From Leucoraja ocellata (lineage: Eukaryota), in assembly GCA_036785375.1 (NCBI GenBank), contig JAWMAR010000788.1:1-64000 (forward strand): DNA of 64,000 bases, given 5' to 3'. A program made the translations under genes and the position numbers. The first letter of the stretch is position 1; the number at the start of each line of letters is the position of its first letter. This document shows positions 1 through 11,743 of the stretch, piece after piece. Below the pieces are notes generated by a model. It ran no database searches. It was given only the letters and a program-made list of their open reading frames with translations, and had not been told where the DNA came from.

Positions 1-104
1 GAGGCAGATTTTCTACTGACATTTTGGATATTTTCCAGCATGTGAAACTTTCAGCATTGTAGGATTAGAAAGTGCACTGATGTATAGAGCACTCTACTGA
101 ATGT

Positions 105-375
105 TTCTTCTTACTTCTTAGGCCCCCTTCGGACATGGCTGACCATGGGTGTCTCCAGGGTGCTCCTCCCTATATGGAGGATGCCTGTGCGTGACTTTGT
201 TTGACGTGGGGAGACTGGTGCACAGACAGCCACCCCACGGTCCTTGACAGATCTGGGTCAGGATCTAGTGGGCATTGAGTCCAAGACAACCGGAGACCCT
301 TTTCTGCTGCAGCCTTCATCCGCTTTCCCAGCCGTTGTGACGCTCCACTAAGGTCAGCCATCGTCCTCCGCCTGT
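105..375 (-). mobile_element. Short RTE-derived non-autonomous retroelement
   Basis: AAG-type tail on the minus strand, 10-bp TSD tactgaatgt (95-104 and 376-385), and a 3' end shared with the element at 11313-11743. RTE assignment is from memory. Confidence 0.6.
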
Positions 376-420
376 TACTGAATGTAAACTGGATCAAATA
401 AAAAAACACATCCATTCCTG

Positions 421-655
421 TCACACAAAGTGTTGGAGTAGCTCACGTCAGGCGACATCTCTGGAGAACACAGAGAGGTGGATTTTTGAGCTGGGATCCT
501 TCTTTAGACTTCTGGGTCAGAACATGGGAGTTGAGCAGGAGCAGGAGGGTTCCAACCCGAAACGTCACCTATCCAAGTTCTCCAGAGATGCTGCTGAGTT
601 AATCCAGCATTTTGTGTCTGCCGATTTAAACCAGCATTTGTAGTTCCTCCCTACA
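421..655. mobile_element. Penelope-like pLTR inverted pair (degenerate)
   Basis: Two oppositely oriented copies of the pLTR motif (ctggagta..gcatctctggaga / cccgaaacgtcacc..tctccagagatgctg). Confidence 0.7.
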
Positions 656-729
656 CAATCACCCTTACAGACTGGGAGCGATTTACAGAAGCCAATTAGC
701 CTACAAACCTGCATGTCTTTGGACAGTAA

Positions 730-972
730 AGGGCCTGTCCCACTTACATGATTTTTTTTCGTCATCCCGCGACATGTCACCTGTATGGTCGTGAGTAGTC
801 GCCCAAAGAGTCGTACCTATTCCTGGTTGCTGCTGGATTTTCAACATGTTGAAATTTTTCAGCGACCTGCTACGACTGTGACAGGTGCCGGCCAGTCGCC
901 GAAAAAAATTAAGTAGGTGGGACAAGCCCTTTACAGTCCAAAGACTTGCAGGTTTGTAGTGGGACAGGTCCT
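730..972. mobile_element. PIF/Harbinger-type MITE with duplicated right TIR
   Basis: TIR AGGGCCTGTCCCACT, TAA at 727-729 and 973-975, internal palindrome TTTCAACATGTTGAAA at 839-854, and an additional TIR copy ending at 930. Confidence 0.75.
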
Positions 973-1565
973 TAATATACCCTGAAAGTTGTAAAGTTGA
1001 AGCAATCAAGAAACCACTCTGGTGGCCATGGCCATTTCTCAGTAAGAGATTCACACACTTTGAATCTCTCAAGCTATTATAAAAAGAGATAAAATAGAAA
1101 AGGAAAATCAAAGTGAAAAGGAAACAACAAACATGGCCGCCGGCACGACCTGCTGAGCATCTGTCTACAACTTATTGTGCCCCAAAACTGGTCTCTTAAA
1201 CCACAGTGGGTCACAGAAAGTGTTGTGACACTGTGCACGCACAACATAAAGAGAACATTCCCCCAGAGTTTATCCTTTATCTGTGCACTGTGGACAGCTT
1301 GATTGTATTCATCTATCGTATTTTCTTCAACTGGAAACAAAAGCTTTCTGTACTTTGGAATAAGTGACAAATAAAGGAAAGTAAAACAACTAAACCGTGA
1401 AGCTGACAATAGTGTAGATGGTTTGGTGACTGAACAATTAAAACCGTTGCTGAGACAGTGGCAGATCGTTTATTGTTTTGGTCACCCTGTTATATTAAGG
1501 ATGTGGAGGCCTGAAGAGGGTGCAGAAGAGATTTACCAGAATGTTGTTTGAATGAGAGGGTATTA

Positions 1566-2419
1566 AGCCCCCTGTCCCACTTAAGGGGTTGTCCCACTGT
1601 ACGAGGTAATTCAAGAGCTCTCCTGAGTTTAAAAAAAAATCAAACTCGTGGTAAGCACGTGGAATGTACGTAGCGGGTACATCGGAGCTCGGGACGTCTC
1701 TTAGCGGCTCGTAACGCTAACGGCAGCTACTCAGGAAACGCGGTAAGCTCGTGAAGATTTTTCAACATGTTGAAAAATGTCCACGAGAGCCCCGAGTACC
1801 TACAAGTGGCTAGTACCGTAATTCTCCGCGTTCGAATCGGGGATACTCGAGAGAACTCTTGAATTAGCTCGTACAGTGGGACAGCCCCTTTAGGCGATTT
1901 TCCCGGCGACTAGGTGACCTGTATGGTCGTGAGTCGTCTCCTCAAGTCGCCTAAAGAGTCGTAACGCTGGATTTTGAAACGTTGGATTTTGAAACGTTCA
2001 AAACTTTTCTGCAACTGTGGCCTTGACGTAGCTTGACTTCTTGCCAGGTGACGTAGGTTGTCGCCGGGTGCCGACTTCAGTGAATTCCATCGGCGACTAC
2101 CCACGCCAACCGGCGACAGGTACCGGCGACTGAATTGTCTTCAGTTGTCGCCGACAGGGTCGTAGCTTGTCGCGATTGTCGCGGGTTGACATATGTTGAC
2201 TTTGGTTGTCACCTGTGTGGACGTAGGTGTGGTCGTAGGTGGACGTCCTAATGGGTCGCCGGTTGTCGGTAGCTTGCAGTAGCTTGACGTCGACTAGTTG
2301 GTAGGTTGTTGTAGCTCGTCGTAGACATTGTGGTGGGGGGGGTCCAGTCGCCGAAAAAATCTACGAGTGTTACAGTCGCTGACAGTCACCGAAAAAGTCA
2401 CCTAAGTGGGACAGGCCCC
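1566..2419. mobile_element. PIF/Harbinger-type MITE (outer element, GTCG/CGAC-rich) inserted in a CR1 fragment
   Basis: TIR ..CCTGTCCCACTTAGG / CCTAAGTGGGACAGG.., TTA flanks. CR1 ORF2 sequence resumes after 2420. Confidence 0.75.
1584..1889. mobile_element. PIF/Harbinger-type MITE (inner element, 306 bp) nested in the left TIR of the outer element
   Basis: TTA TSD at 1581-1583 and 1890-1892, TIR AGGGGYTGTCCCACTGTACGAG, near-identical to 29661-29969. Confidence 0.85.
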
Positions 2420-3444
2420 TTAGAAATAAGAAGAGCGTGGATAAACTTGGGTAAGAAGGAACTGCAGATGCTGGTTCAAACCGAAGATAGACACAAAAAG
2501 CTTGAGTACCTCAGCTGGACAGGCAGCATCTCTGGAGAGAAGGAATGGGTGACGTTTCGGGTCAAGATCATATTGAATGGCGATGCTGGCTCGAAGGGCC
2601 GAATGGCCTACTCCTGCACCTGTTTTGTATGTCTATGTTTCTAAAACATGCCAAGATTGCTGGCTAAGCTCATGCGGAGCAGGCACAAGCTCCAGACAGC
2701 AAGGAGGTGGCTGAGGGGGACTGGAGCGAGGGGGGAGGGGGGCGGGGGGTGGAAGAGACCAGATCCTCAGCCTGATCTACATATTAAAGGCTTGCCAAAC
2801 ACCATCACCATAGGCCAGATGTCACCAACAGAGACGTCTCCATAGATCCCTGCGTCGGAGTTTAGCGGGTTGGCGGCAATGAAAAGAATGAGAAACTACA
2901 CAAAATGGAGCACCTCCCCCAGCCCTGTAAATACAGTGGGACCCAGACAGACCCCGTCATGCACGCAACGGCATCAATCCCTTCCCTCCCAACCCACACA
3001 GTCACACTCAATCCTACAGGAAAATCAGAAAGTTGGAAAGTAAAAGCATTCTGCTCCCGCTTGTTGCAGCAACGCTTGCTTTAATGCTGAAACACTTCAT
3101 TTCACAGGGAAAAGACAGAAGTTTCAATATCAGCATTGAAGGTGCACAACTATGCAAGTCCGTAAGAATGCTTTTCATCCAAACACACAACGCAGTCTGT
3201 AGTTTCATAGCCTTGGCATCAATCACGTGACCTGGCTATATATAAATAGCATATCAGTTTGTATTCCACCCAAATTGCTGCATATCTCACCAAAACAGAC
3301 ACTAATTAAATGATTTTACTGATTTAATCGAGGTGGTAATGCAATGCAGTCCTCAAACCTAAATTTCATTCCGCAGTTTTTTCACCTGTTAAATTAAATC
3401 AGAATCAAGTCTGCGTCACAAATGCTTAGATGAGTAGTTCATTG

Positions 3445-3682
3445 AGTCAATAGGCAATAGGCGCAGGAGTAGGCCATTCGGCCCTTCGAGCCAGCACCGC
3501 CATTCACTGTGATCATGGCTGATCATCCCCAATCAGTACCCCGTTCCTGCCTTCTCCCCATATCCCCCGACTCCGTTATCTTGAAGAGCTCTATATAGCT
3601 CTTGGAAGTATCCAGAGAACCGGCCTCCACCGCCCTCTGAGGCACAGAATTCCACAGACTCACAACTCTCTGTGTGAAAAAA
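3445..3682 (-). mobile_element. CR1 (HER1-like) LINE 3' fragment
   Basis: ORF2 C-terminal motif FFTQRVVSLWNSVPQRAVEAGSL and the conserved 3' stem-loop gggccgaatggcctactcctgc. Confidence 0.85.
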
Positions 3683-4013
3683 CAGGCCGAGTCCACACCA
3701 ACTACCAAAGGTTCACCCGCACCGATCCTTTTAGTTTCTTCCCATATTCCCATCAACTCCTCCCAGATCTGACAAGTCACACACACATACTAGAGGCAAC
3801 TCACGGTGGTCAATGGATCTACCAACCCACTCGTCTTTGGGATGTGGGAGAAAACCGAAGCGCCCGGAGGAAACCCACGGAGTCACAGAAAGAAAGTGAA
3901 AATTCCACTCAGCAACCGAGATCAGGATTGAGCCTGGGTTTCCAGCTTCATCAGCTTCACCACAATGCCACTGTAGCTCAGCTAATGTCTAGCAGTAAGA
4001 TGGTATCTAGACT

Positions 4014-4537
4014 TTACTTTAGAAATACAGCGTGGAAACAGGCCCTTCGACCCACTGAGTCCATGCCGACCAGCATCCCCACACACTAGCAATATCCTAG
4101 TTTTGTTTACTTTAGTTATTGTCAATTGTACCGAGGTATAGTGACATGCTTTTGTCACATGCTAACCAGTCAGTGGAAAGAATATATGATTACAATCGAG
4201 CCATTCAGAGTGTACAGATATAAGATAAAGGGAATAACGTTTAATGCAAGATAATGTCCGATCACAGATAGTCCGAGGGTCTCCAATGAGGTAGATAGTA
4301 GTTCAGGACTGCTCTCTAGTTGTCCTTACACACTAGGGACAATTGACAATGTTTACCAAAGCCAATTAACCTACAAACCTGCACATCTTTGGAGTGTGGG
4401 AGGAAACCAGAGCACCCAGAGAAAACCCACACGGTCACAGCGAGAACGTACAAACTGTATGCAGGCAGCACCCGTAGTCAGGATCAAACATGGGTCTCTG
4501 GCGCTGTAAGGCAGCAACTCTACCACTGTGCCACCAT
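4014..4537 (-). mobile_element. HE1-type V-SINE interrupted by a LINE-tail fragment (about 4100-4322)
   Basis: tRNA-like head, V core ggtttcctcccacactccaaaga and CR1-type tail, all on the minus strand. Confidence 0.8.
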
Positions 4538-4543
4538 CTAGGG

Positions 4544-4778
4544 CAAGGGTTCCCAAACTGTGGTAAATTTACCCCCAGGGGGTAAATCTCACCTACCCAG
4601 GGGGTAATTGTGTTGATTCCGGATTTGTACATATTTGTTCTCATTGACTGACTGTGTTTGGTTCTGGTATATTGGTATCTGTTCATCATTAGTTGTTCAT
4701 AAATAAGTGAAATAATATTGTTATGTGCTATTAAAAGATGCCAGGGGTAAACGGGACGAAAAAGGTTGGGAACCCCTG
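4544..4778. mobile_element. hAT-Charlie-type MITE
   Basis: TIR CARGGGTTCCCAA and 8-bp TSD atctaggg (4536-4543) / atctagtg (4779-4786), resembling the NTCTAGAN preference. Subterminal GGGGTAAA repeats. Confidence 0.85.
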
Positions 4779-5292
4779 ATCTAGTGGAAAAATTAGGGCA
4801 AGACGCTGAAATGCAAATGTAAAAAAATATATTTCTACCGAGTTAACTCCCCTCAAGTTATAAATAAATCAGGGTGCTCTGCTGTCAGATGTTAAGAGGA
4901 TCAGGATGAGGCAGTGGTCACCATTTGGCTCACACTCAAGCCCCGAACAGTCAGGAGGGGGAATGAAGGCATTAAATACTCCTGCAGGCAAAGCCCAGAG
5001 TGAGCAGTGGGCCCGAGGAAGGGAGAGGTGGGAGTTGGATAATCATCCCAGCACACACCTTCTCATGGGACACTCTGTCCCCGATGCAAGCTATCCTATT
5101 TACATAGTGCTTCTAGCTATCAATGTCAAATACATGTCTGTCGGAGTACATGCTGGGACCTGCTGGTGATGGTTCCACTCCGATCTCACCCATCAACATG
5201 TAGCGTATGGGCCCGTGCCCAACTAGCTCCACTCCAAGAGGGCTCTGTATATTCAACACCCTCATCCACTTGCTTCCCGTCACATCCCTTCC

Positions 5293-5480
5293 ACAAAGTG
5301 CTGGAGTAACTCAGCGGGACAGGCAGCATCTCTGGATAGAAGGAATAGGTGACGTTTTGGTTCGAGACCCTTCTCCACACCCATTCCTTCTCTCCTGAGA
5401 TGCTGCCTGTCCCGCTGAGTTACTCCAGCATTTTGTGTCCATCTTCGGTGTAAACCAGCATCTGCAGTTCCTTCCTACAC
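5293..5480. mobile_element. Penelope-like pLTR palindrome
   Basis: Inverted arms gctggagtaactcagcgggacaggcagcatctc / gagatgctgcctgtcccgctgagttactccagc. Confidence 0.8.
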
Positions 5481-5660
5481 ATGGCTTCCACAATTTCGTC
5501 CACTAATCTGACCCAACCCTTCCCTTGGAACTGTGACTAACAACTATGTTCTCGCTGTACGACACAAAAATGTTACCTCGTCACAGTCGCATTGTTTACA
5601 TTCTGGTGTGTACCAGCACTGACTTATTAAGGAGTATTTAGAGGAGTGCAGCGCGGAAAC

Positions 5661-5802
5661 TGACAGAGGTGTCCAGACAGAAATGTCCGAGAGTGGACTC
5701 AACTGGGGAGATCTCGAAAAAACTGCCCACAACCGAGTGAGGTGGAGCACACTTGTCAATGGCCTCTGCTCCCCAGAGGAGCAAAGGGCTTAAGAAGAAG
5801 AA
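5661..5802 (+). mobile_element. 5'-truncated RTE-clade LINE 3' end
   Basis: Reads RGVQTEMSESGLNWGDLEKTAHNRVRWSTLVNGLCSPEEQRA*, followed by an (AAG)n tail. 13-bp TSD gcagcgYggaaac at 5648-5660 and 5803-5815. Confidence 0.8.
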
Positions 5803-6608
5803 GCAGCGTGGAAACAGGCCATTTGGCCCAACACATCCATTCTATGCCCCATCTAAGCTATTTCGATTTGCGTTTGGCCCATAGTTACATCGTTGAGTTT
5901 GGCCCATAAGGTACATAAGCGGTAGAAGAGTACAGGTCAGCAACTGGCCCTTCGGCCCACAATCTTCATGCTGAACATGAAGCCACGTTAGACTAATCTC
6001 ATCTGCTTGCACTTGATCCATATCCCTCAATTCCTTGCATACCCATGTGCCGATCCAAAAGCCTCAAATGCCAATATTACATCTGCCTCCACCACCATCC
6101 CTAGCTGTGCCTACCAGTCACCCACCATTCTGTATGAAAACAAACAGCTGGAACACTGAGTGAGCAGTTTGCCTTATAACACAGTCGAGACCTCCATCTT
6201 AAACAATGGGTACCAGGGTGATGGAGGAGGGAGTTGTCCATCGACTTGCATTGCCTGGGCTCTGGTTGCATAGCAACAAAGGGCAGGTGGTCAGGGTGAA
6301 ACCTGCTCAGAAAGAAATCCTGCCCATTTATTCTTCATTCAATGTAGAAGTTTAAAGCAACTGATCCCATATCCCCCCCCCCCCCCCACATGCTGCTAAC
6401 TCTATAAACCACAGGCTCATTATAATTTTTTCCTCACCTGCCTGGTGTTGTAAAGCTTGTTGTTGCTAATTAGTGGTTTCCTCTTTAAATATAATATGCA
6501 TTTCCTGCCTTAGACGTGTGAACCAGTGAAGCAGGAGCAGTCGGCTGGTCTCCCGGAGAAATATTTATTCAACCGCTACACAGATGGCTCTCCACATCCT
6601 TTCTGGAC

Positions 6609-7030
6609 AGCAGTGGCGGTATTGCTGCCTTACAGCGCCAGAGACCTGGGTTCGATCCTGACTATGGGTGTTATCCGTACGGAGTTTGTACATCGTCCCC
6701 TTGACCCCGTGGGTTTTCTTCGGTTTCCGCCCACACTCCAAAGTTGTACAGGTTTGATAGACTAATTGGCTAATTGGTAAAATTGTAAATAGTCCCTAAT
6801 GCGTAGGATAGTATTAATGTGCGATTATCGCTGGTCGGCACGGACTCAGTGGGCCGAAGGGCCTGTTTCCGCGCTGTATCTCTAGAGTCTAAAGTCTTCC
6901 TTTGCCTGAAATCATTCTTTGTACATTGCCCTTGTGCATAGGGTAGTGTTAATGGTCAGAAATCGCTGGTCGGCACGGACTCGGTGGGGCCGAAGGACCT
7001 GTTTCCATGCTGTATCTCTGAACCAAACTA
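6609..7030 (+). mobile_element. HE1-type SINE with tandemly duplicated 3' tail
   Basis: B box ggttcgatcc, V core, and the tail cgctggtcggcacggactc..gggccgaagg present twice (about 6830 and about 6965). Confidence 0.8.
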
Positions 7031-7265
7031 AGAAAGCACCCAAGGTCAGGATTGAACCTGGGATGTGGAACTGTGAGCCATGCCTGGGTGAGCATGTCAC
7101 ATGACATCCGTTTGCCCTCCGAAGTCATTTTCCTGTCTTTTTTTGGAAATCATTTATCATGGCATAAAAACAGGTGGGAGGACAAGGCATAATGAGGATA
7201 CAAATTGTTTTACATTTTGATGGAGCATTTCTTTTAAAAAATAATTGACCCTAATGAGCAATTTA

Positions 7266-7520
7266 GAACTGCCTCAAACAGGCAGCCAGCATGATCAGAG
7301 ACCCATGCCAGCCCGACCACGCTCTCATTTCCCTCCTGCCATTGGCAAGTAGAGGAGCACGAAAACTGTAACTTCCAGGTTCAGGAGCAGCTTCTTTCCT
7401 ATAACCACCAGGCTATTAAACACTACAACCTCCAAATAGGCTCCAAACTACATAGACATGGGGACATTATTTTTGCATTGCTATTATCGTGTTATATGTC
7501 TGTTTGTTTATATATATTTA
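7266..7520 (+). mobile_element. Rex1/Babar LINE 3' fragment
   Basis: Degenerate CLKxAASxIxDPxxP..GxxRSxK..SRFRxSFF..RLLN motif. Confidence 0.65.
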
Positions 7521-8445
7521 GTGCTTTGCCTCCCCCAGGAGATCACGAGGTTCTTGGGGTGGAGAGGGGTGATAGCGGTATAAAGGGGAGGGTAGTGTCT
7601 TGTGTTCTGTGTCTTGTGTCTACTGTTTGTGGGTAAGTGTGTCTGTTTAGTGTTCAGCCATGAGCGAATGGCGGTGCGGGCTCGACGGACCTGGTGGTCT
7701 ACTCTCGCACCTACTTTCTATGTTTCTATGTTTCTATGTAGTGGTAAAATGGAGAGAATAAAGTTGGCTTAGATTAGTGTAAATGTGTGGTTCATGGCTA
7801 GTGTGGACTTGACCTTGAGTTAGAGATACGACATGATTAACATTTGGAATTCCCTACCCAAAGGGCTATAAGGGATCCATCTATATCCCCCTTGAACATA
7901 TTCAGGAACTTGGTCCCCTCCATCTCAGCGAATATATTTCTCCTCAGTAGGAAGCATCATACCCTATGTCCTGAAACTGATGCCCTGGTTCCATACCCTA
8001 TGGGCAGTAGAAGATATCCTCCCAACATCAATCTGTTTCTGAAGTCTGAAGAAGGATGTGAAGGGTCTCAAGTCTGAAGGAGGATCGTGACTGTCCATTG
8101 CCTCCGCAGATGCTGCCCGAGTTTCTTCAGCACTTTGTGTTTTGCTCAAGGTTCCAGCATCAGCAGTTGCTTGTCTCGCCCTTTCAGAAATGTCTACAAA
8201 TGACTAGATACCCTACAGCTCCTAATTCTTATGCTTTTTACCTAGAAAGTGCGTATGAAAACTCAGTCTCCAGTTACAACAAAGTACCAGCTTCAAAGTC
8301 GCCTTGTTGAGTCTCATTGTCAGTAACCCGTTTTCACCCAGCCCACGGCTAACAATGGCCCCTTTCCTTTATTACTTTTCTGCATATCTTTCATTCATTT
8401 GTTCTATATCAACATCTATATCTCTTGTTTCCCTTTCCCCTGACT

Positions 8446-8478
8446 GTCTGAAGAAGGATCTCAACCCGAAACGTCACC
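8446..8478 (+). ncRNA. Minimal hammerhead ribozyme motif in a Penelope pLTR (element about 8325-8580)
   Basis: CTGAAGA-aggatctcaaccc-GAAACGTC: core and GUC triplet intact, one mismatch in stem II. Confidence 0.55.
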
Positions 8479-9880
8479 TATTCCTTTCCTCCAAAGATGC
8501 TGCCTGTCCCGCTGAGTTACTCCAGCTTTTTGTGTCTATCTTCGGTTTAAACCAGCATCTGCAGTTCCAACCTACACATTAAATCAATCTCCGCTCAGTC
8601 TGCTACTTTTATTCCTCAGCAAGGGCCCCTTCAATGGTTCATTGGTACTATAATGTCACATGTAGTGATGATACATGTGAAATTCTTTGTTTTGTAAGAA
8701 ATATTCAAACATAAAAGGGTTGGCTGGTAGGCAAAGCACAGATGTAGCATGCCCATTGCCCAGTTACTTTGCTCAGCTGGCACATTGTATGATCTCAGTA
8801 TCTAGTTTGCATTACACATCAGTGAAATCATCCATGCCCCCACCCTACCCTCATTCTCACCGTCTCCTCCCTCCAGCCCCCGCAACGCAAACATGTCCAG
8901 TATATTCTCCCTCTCACCTTCTACATCCACTCCACTCCCCCTCCCACACACCCACTGAGACACTAAACTCAAAGCCAGCAAGCGTGTTGAGAATCTACCC
9001 TGCCCCAATCCCTTGGATCAGCCCTGCCCTGCCTTCATTAAGCCTGATAGGTGGCAGTTCTTGCAGGGCAGCTCCACATTGTCTAAACCACATTAGAGAC
9101 CTGGAGAGAAAGGCAGACTGTTGTAAAGTAGATCAGGCTCATTCATAGCCCACACCAAGTGCCTACCCTCTTGCAAGCCACCTACCGATGCTATCTGTTC
9201 AATAATACTTTTATTCCTGCAATTTGACAAAGGATTGCTGTTTCGAAGCCCTGGCAAATGTGTTGGTTACAGATCCGTAATAGTTTTCAACCCAGCCTGT
9301 GAAAGCTAACAAAGAGGACAGTGTCTCTTTAAGCACCTTGCTGCACATTGCACTGGGCTCCCAGCCCCCAATCGCCAGTTCCTATGGCGACGCAGCAGCG
9401 TATTTGTTCTCTGGGCTGTGGCTGCCGTTCACCAGGATCTCTCGAAAACAAAGTGGCCGATCACTTTGTAGACCTTCACTCTCCCCCTGGTGTTTCCCCC
9501 CCCCCCACCCCCCCCATGACTTCACCAAACCTGCCCCCCCCCCCCCTCCATTTCCAACCTCACTCCGCTGGGCAGATGAAGGGAAGAAAGCTTGGCAGGT
9601 GTGGGGTGGAGACGGGCGAGACATTTTCCATCCTAAGTGTTGATCAGAGGGTGGGACAATCTTCGCCTAAGGTGGACACGACATGCTTGAGTAACTCAGC
9701 TGGTCAGGCTGCATCTCTGAAGAACATGAACAGGCGACATTTCAGCTTGAAACCTTTCATAAATCTGAACGAGGGTCCAGACCCGAAATTACTCCAATCC
9801 GTGTTCTCCAGAGATGCTGCCTGACCCGCTGAGTTATTCCAGCATTTTGTGTCTCTCTCTGGTATCTGTAGTTCTTTGTT

Positions 9881-10150
9881 TAAAAAGGAATTGCAGATGC
9901 TGGAAAATCGAAGGTAGACAAAAATGCTGGAGAAACTCAGCGGGTGCAGCAGCATCTATGGAGCAAAGGAAATGGGCAACGTTTCGGGCTGAAACCCTTC
10001 TTCAGACTGATGTAAGGGTGGGGGGCGCAGGAAGAAGAAAGGAAGAGGAGGAGGCAGAGGGCTAGAGGGAGAGTTGAGAAGGGGAGGAGACAGTAAGGAC
10101 TACCTGAAATTGGAGAAGTCAATGTTCATACCGCTGGGGTGCAAACTGCA
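9881..10150 (-). mobile_element. Penelope-like element 3' end (GIY-YIG C-terminus + pLTR) with 17-bp TSD
   Basis: Minus strand encodes SLHPSGMNIDFSNFR*. Flanked by atctgtagttctttgtt at 9864-9880 and 10151-10167, and sits at the end of another pLTR palindrome (9674-9880). Confidence 0.85.
9975..10008 (-). ncRNA. Minimal hammerhead ribozyme motif, sense to the Notch pre-mRNA
   Basis: Minus strand agtCTGAAGAagggtttcagcccGAAACGTTgcc: intact core, stem II GGGU/GCCC, GUU triplet. Confidence 0.65.
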
Positions 10151-11312
10151 ATCTGTAGTTCTTTGTTATAAACGACCTTTCCCTATTAGAATCAACCCTG
10201 GAATCTCCGATCGATGTCCTCCCGAACAAGCGCAATGTCTTTCCTCACTTAACCCAACTTCACAGGGTATCCGAAGCATGATAGAAGCGCAAGTTATACA
10301 AGAAAGTACGATTGAGTTTCTCATAGGCCTACAGCACAGAAACAGGCCGTTCAGCCCATTGAGTCCATGCTGACCATCAAGCACACATTTACATCAATCG
10401 CACACTCATCCCAATTATTTTCCCCATATTCCCATCTAATCTTCCAGATTCCACCCAAGTTTACAGTTGCCAGCACAACTTTGGGATATGGGATGATATC
10501 GGAGCACCCAGGCGATGCTGTCCTGGTGCAGGTTTTCAGACCCAAAATGTTGACCACCCCTTTCGCTCCTCAGATGCTGCCTGACCTGCTGGGTTCCTTC
10601 AACAGCTAGTTTTGCTTTTGGCTACACTAGTCACAGCCTGTCAACCTGAAAACAACTCATTCATTCAGGCTCTTGGCTTTCTGTCCATTAATCAGTTTTC
10701 AATTGGTGTTGGTAGACTCCCTCAATTCCATGTGCACTAACCGGGTAGTGCTAACACCTCACAGCACTGGAGAGCCAGTTTGATTCAACCTCGAGTGCTG
10801 ACTGTGTGGAGTTTGCACGTTCTCTCTGTGACTGCGTGGGTTCCCTCTGGGTGCTCCGGCCTCCTCCCACATCCAAAAGACGTGCAGGTTTATAGGTGAA
10901 CTGGCCTCTGTTGTGCATGCAGTGGATGAGAAAGTGGGATAACATAAAACTAGTGCGAATGGTGATGGATGGTCAGCATGGACTTGGTGGGCCGAAGGGC
11001 CTGTTTCCACGTTGTATCTTTCAATTAATCAAACTTGCTGGCCAACATCATGTGTGGGAGTTTATAAAGGTCCGATTATCCGGTATGACTACACCACATT
11101 CACCGCTTCCCCTTATCTCCTCCACAAGTCTCAAAGAACACCAGTAGATCACAAGGTGACTTTCCCCATCATAAATCCACACAGGCTCTTCTCAATCCTA
11201 TTGTTCTTCCCAGGGCGTTTTGTTGGTACGTTAATCATTTTTGATTGCAGAATTCCCCCCCATTACTGACGTCAGGCTCAGCAGTTAGCAGTTCCCTGTT
11301 TTTGCTCCCCTA

Positions 11313-11743
11313 GTCGTAGTAGGCCCCCCTCGGTCATGACTGACCATGGGTGATGCATCCTAGTTTGCAGGTGATGTGTGGTCGGATGCAAGCCTGGGCG
11401 ATCGATGTCATATAGAGGACAGGCTGTTGCCCATGCAGCAGGTCCCCCCTCTCCACGTCCAAAGGAACAGCAGGGCCGTTACAGTTTGGCACCAGCACCG
11501 TCGCAGGAGCTGCCAGAGCGAGGTTGTAGACAACGACGAACTGCCTTAGGGGCTCTGACTCCGGATTTTCTCCAGGTTTACTCCAGGAGCCTTTTCCATG
11601 ACTGGATATGGCCACAAGGCAGTGGAGGTTTTAAATCAGAGTTTTCCCTCTCCTAGATGGACTGTCTTCCCAGGCTGACAAGACCCATCTGCCCGAGACT
11701 CATGGGGGCGGGAGCGTCTACCTTCCCGTGCAGGTCTATATGT
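11313..11743 (-). mobile_element. RTE-derived non-autonomous element (5' UTR-like part fused to a short tail)
   Basis: (TAC)n-like tail and ctccccta direct repeats (11305-11312, 11744-11751). The segment gggcagatgg..cctgggaag..ctaggagagggaaaactctgattt resembles RTE 5' UTRs as I recall them. Confidence 0.55.

Noticed and set aside
170-424. 84-aa minus ORF as a host exon or Hero-like endonuclease end
   Set aside because: It lies in a TSD-flanked short retroelement and the motif similarity is too weak.
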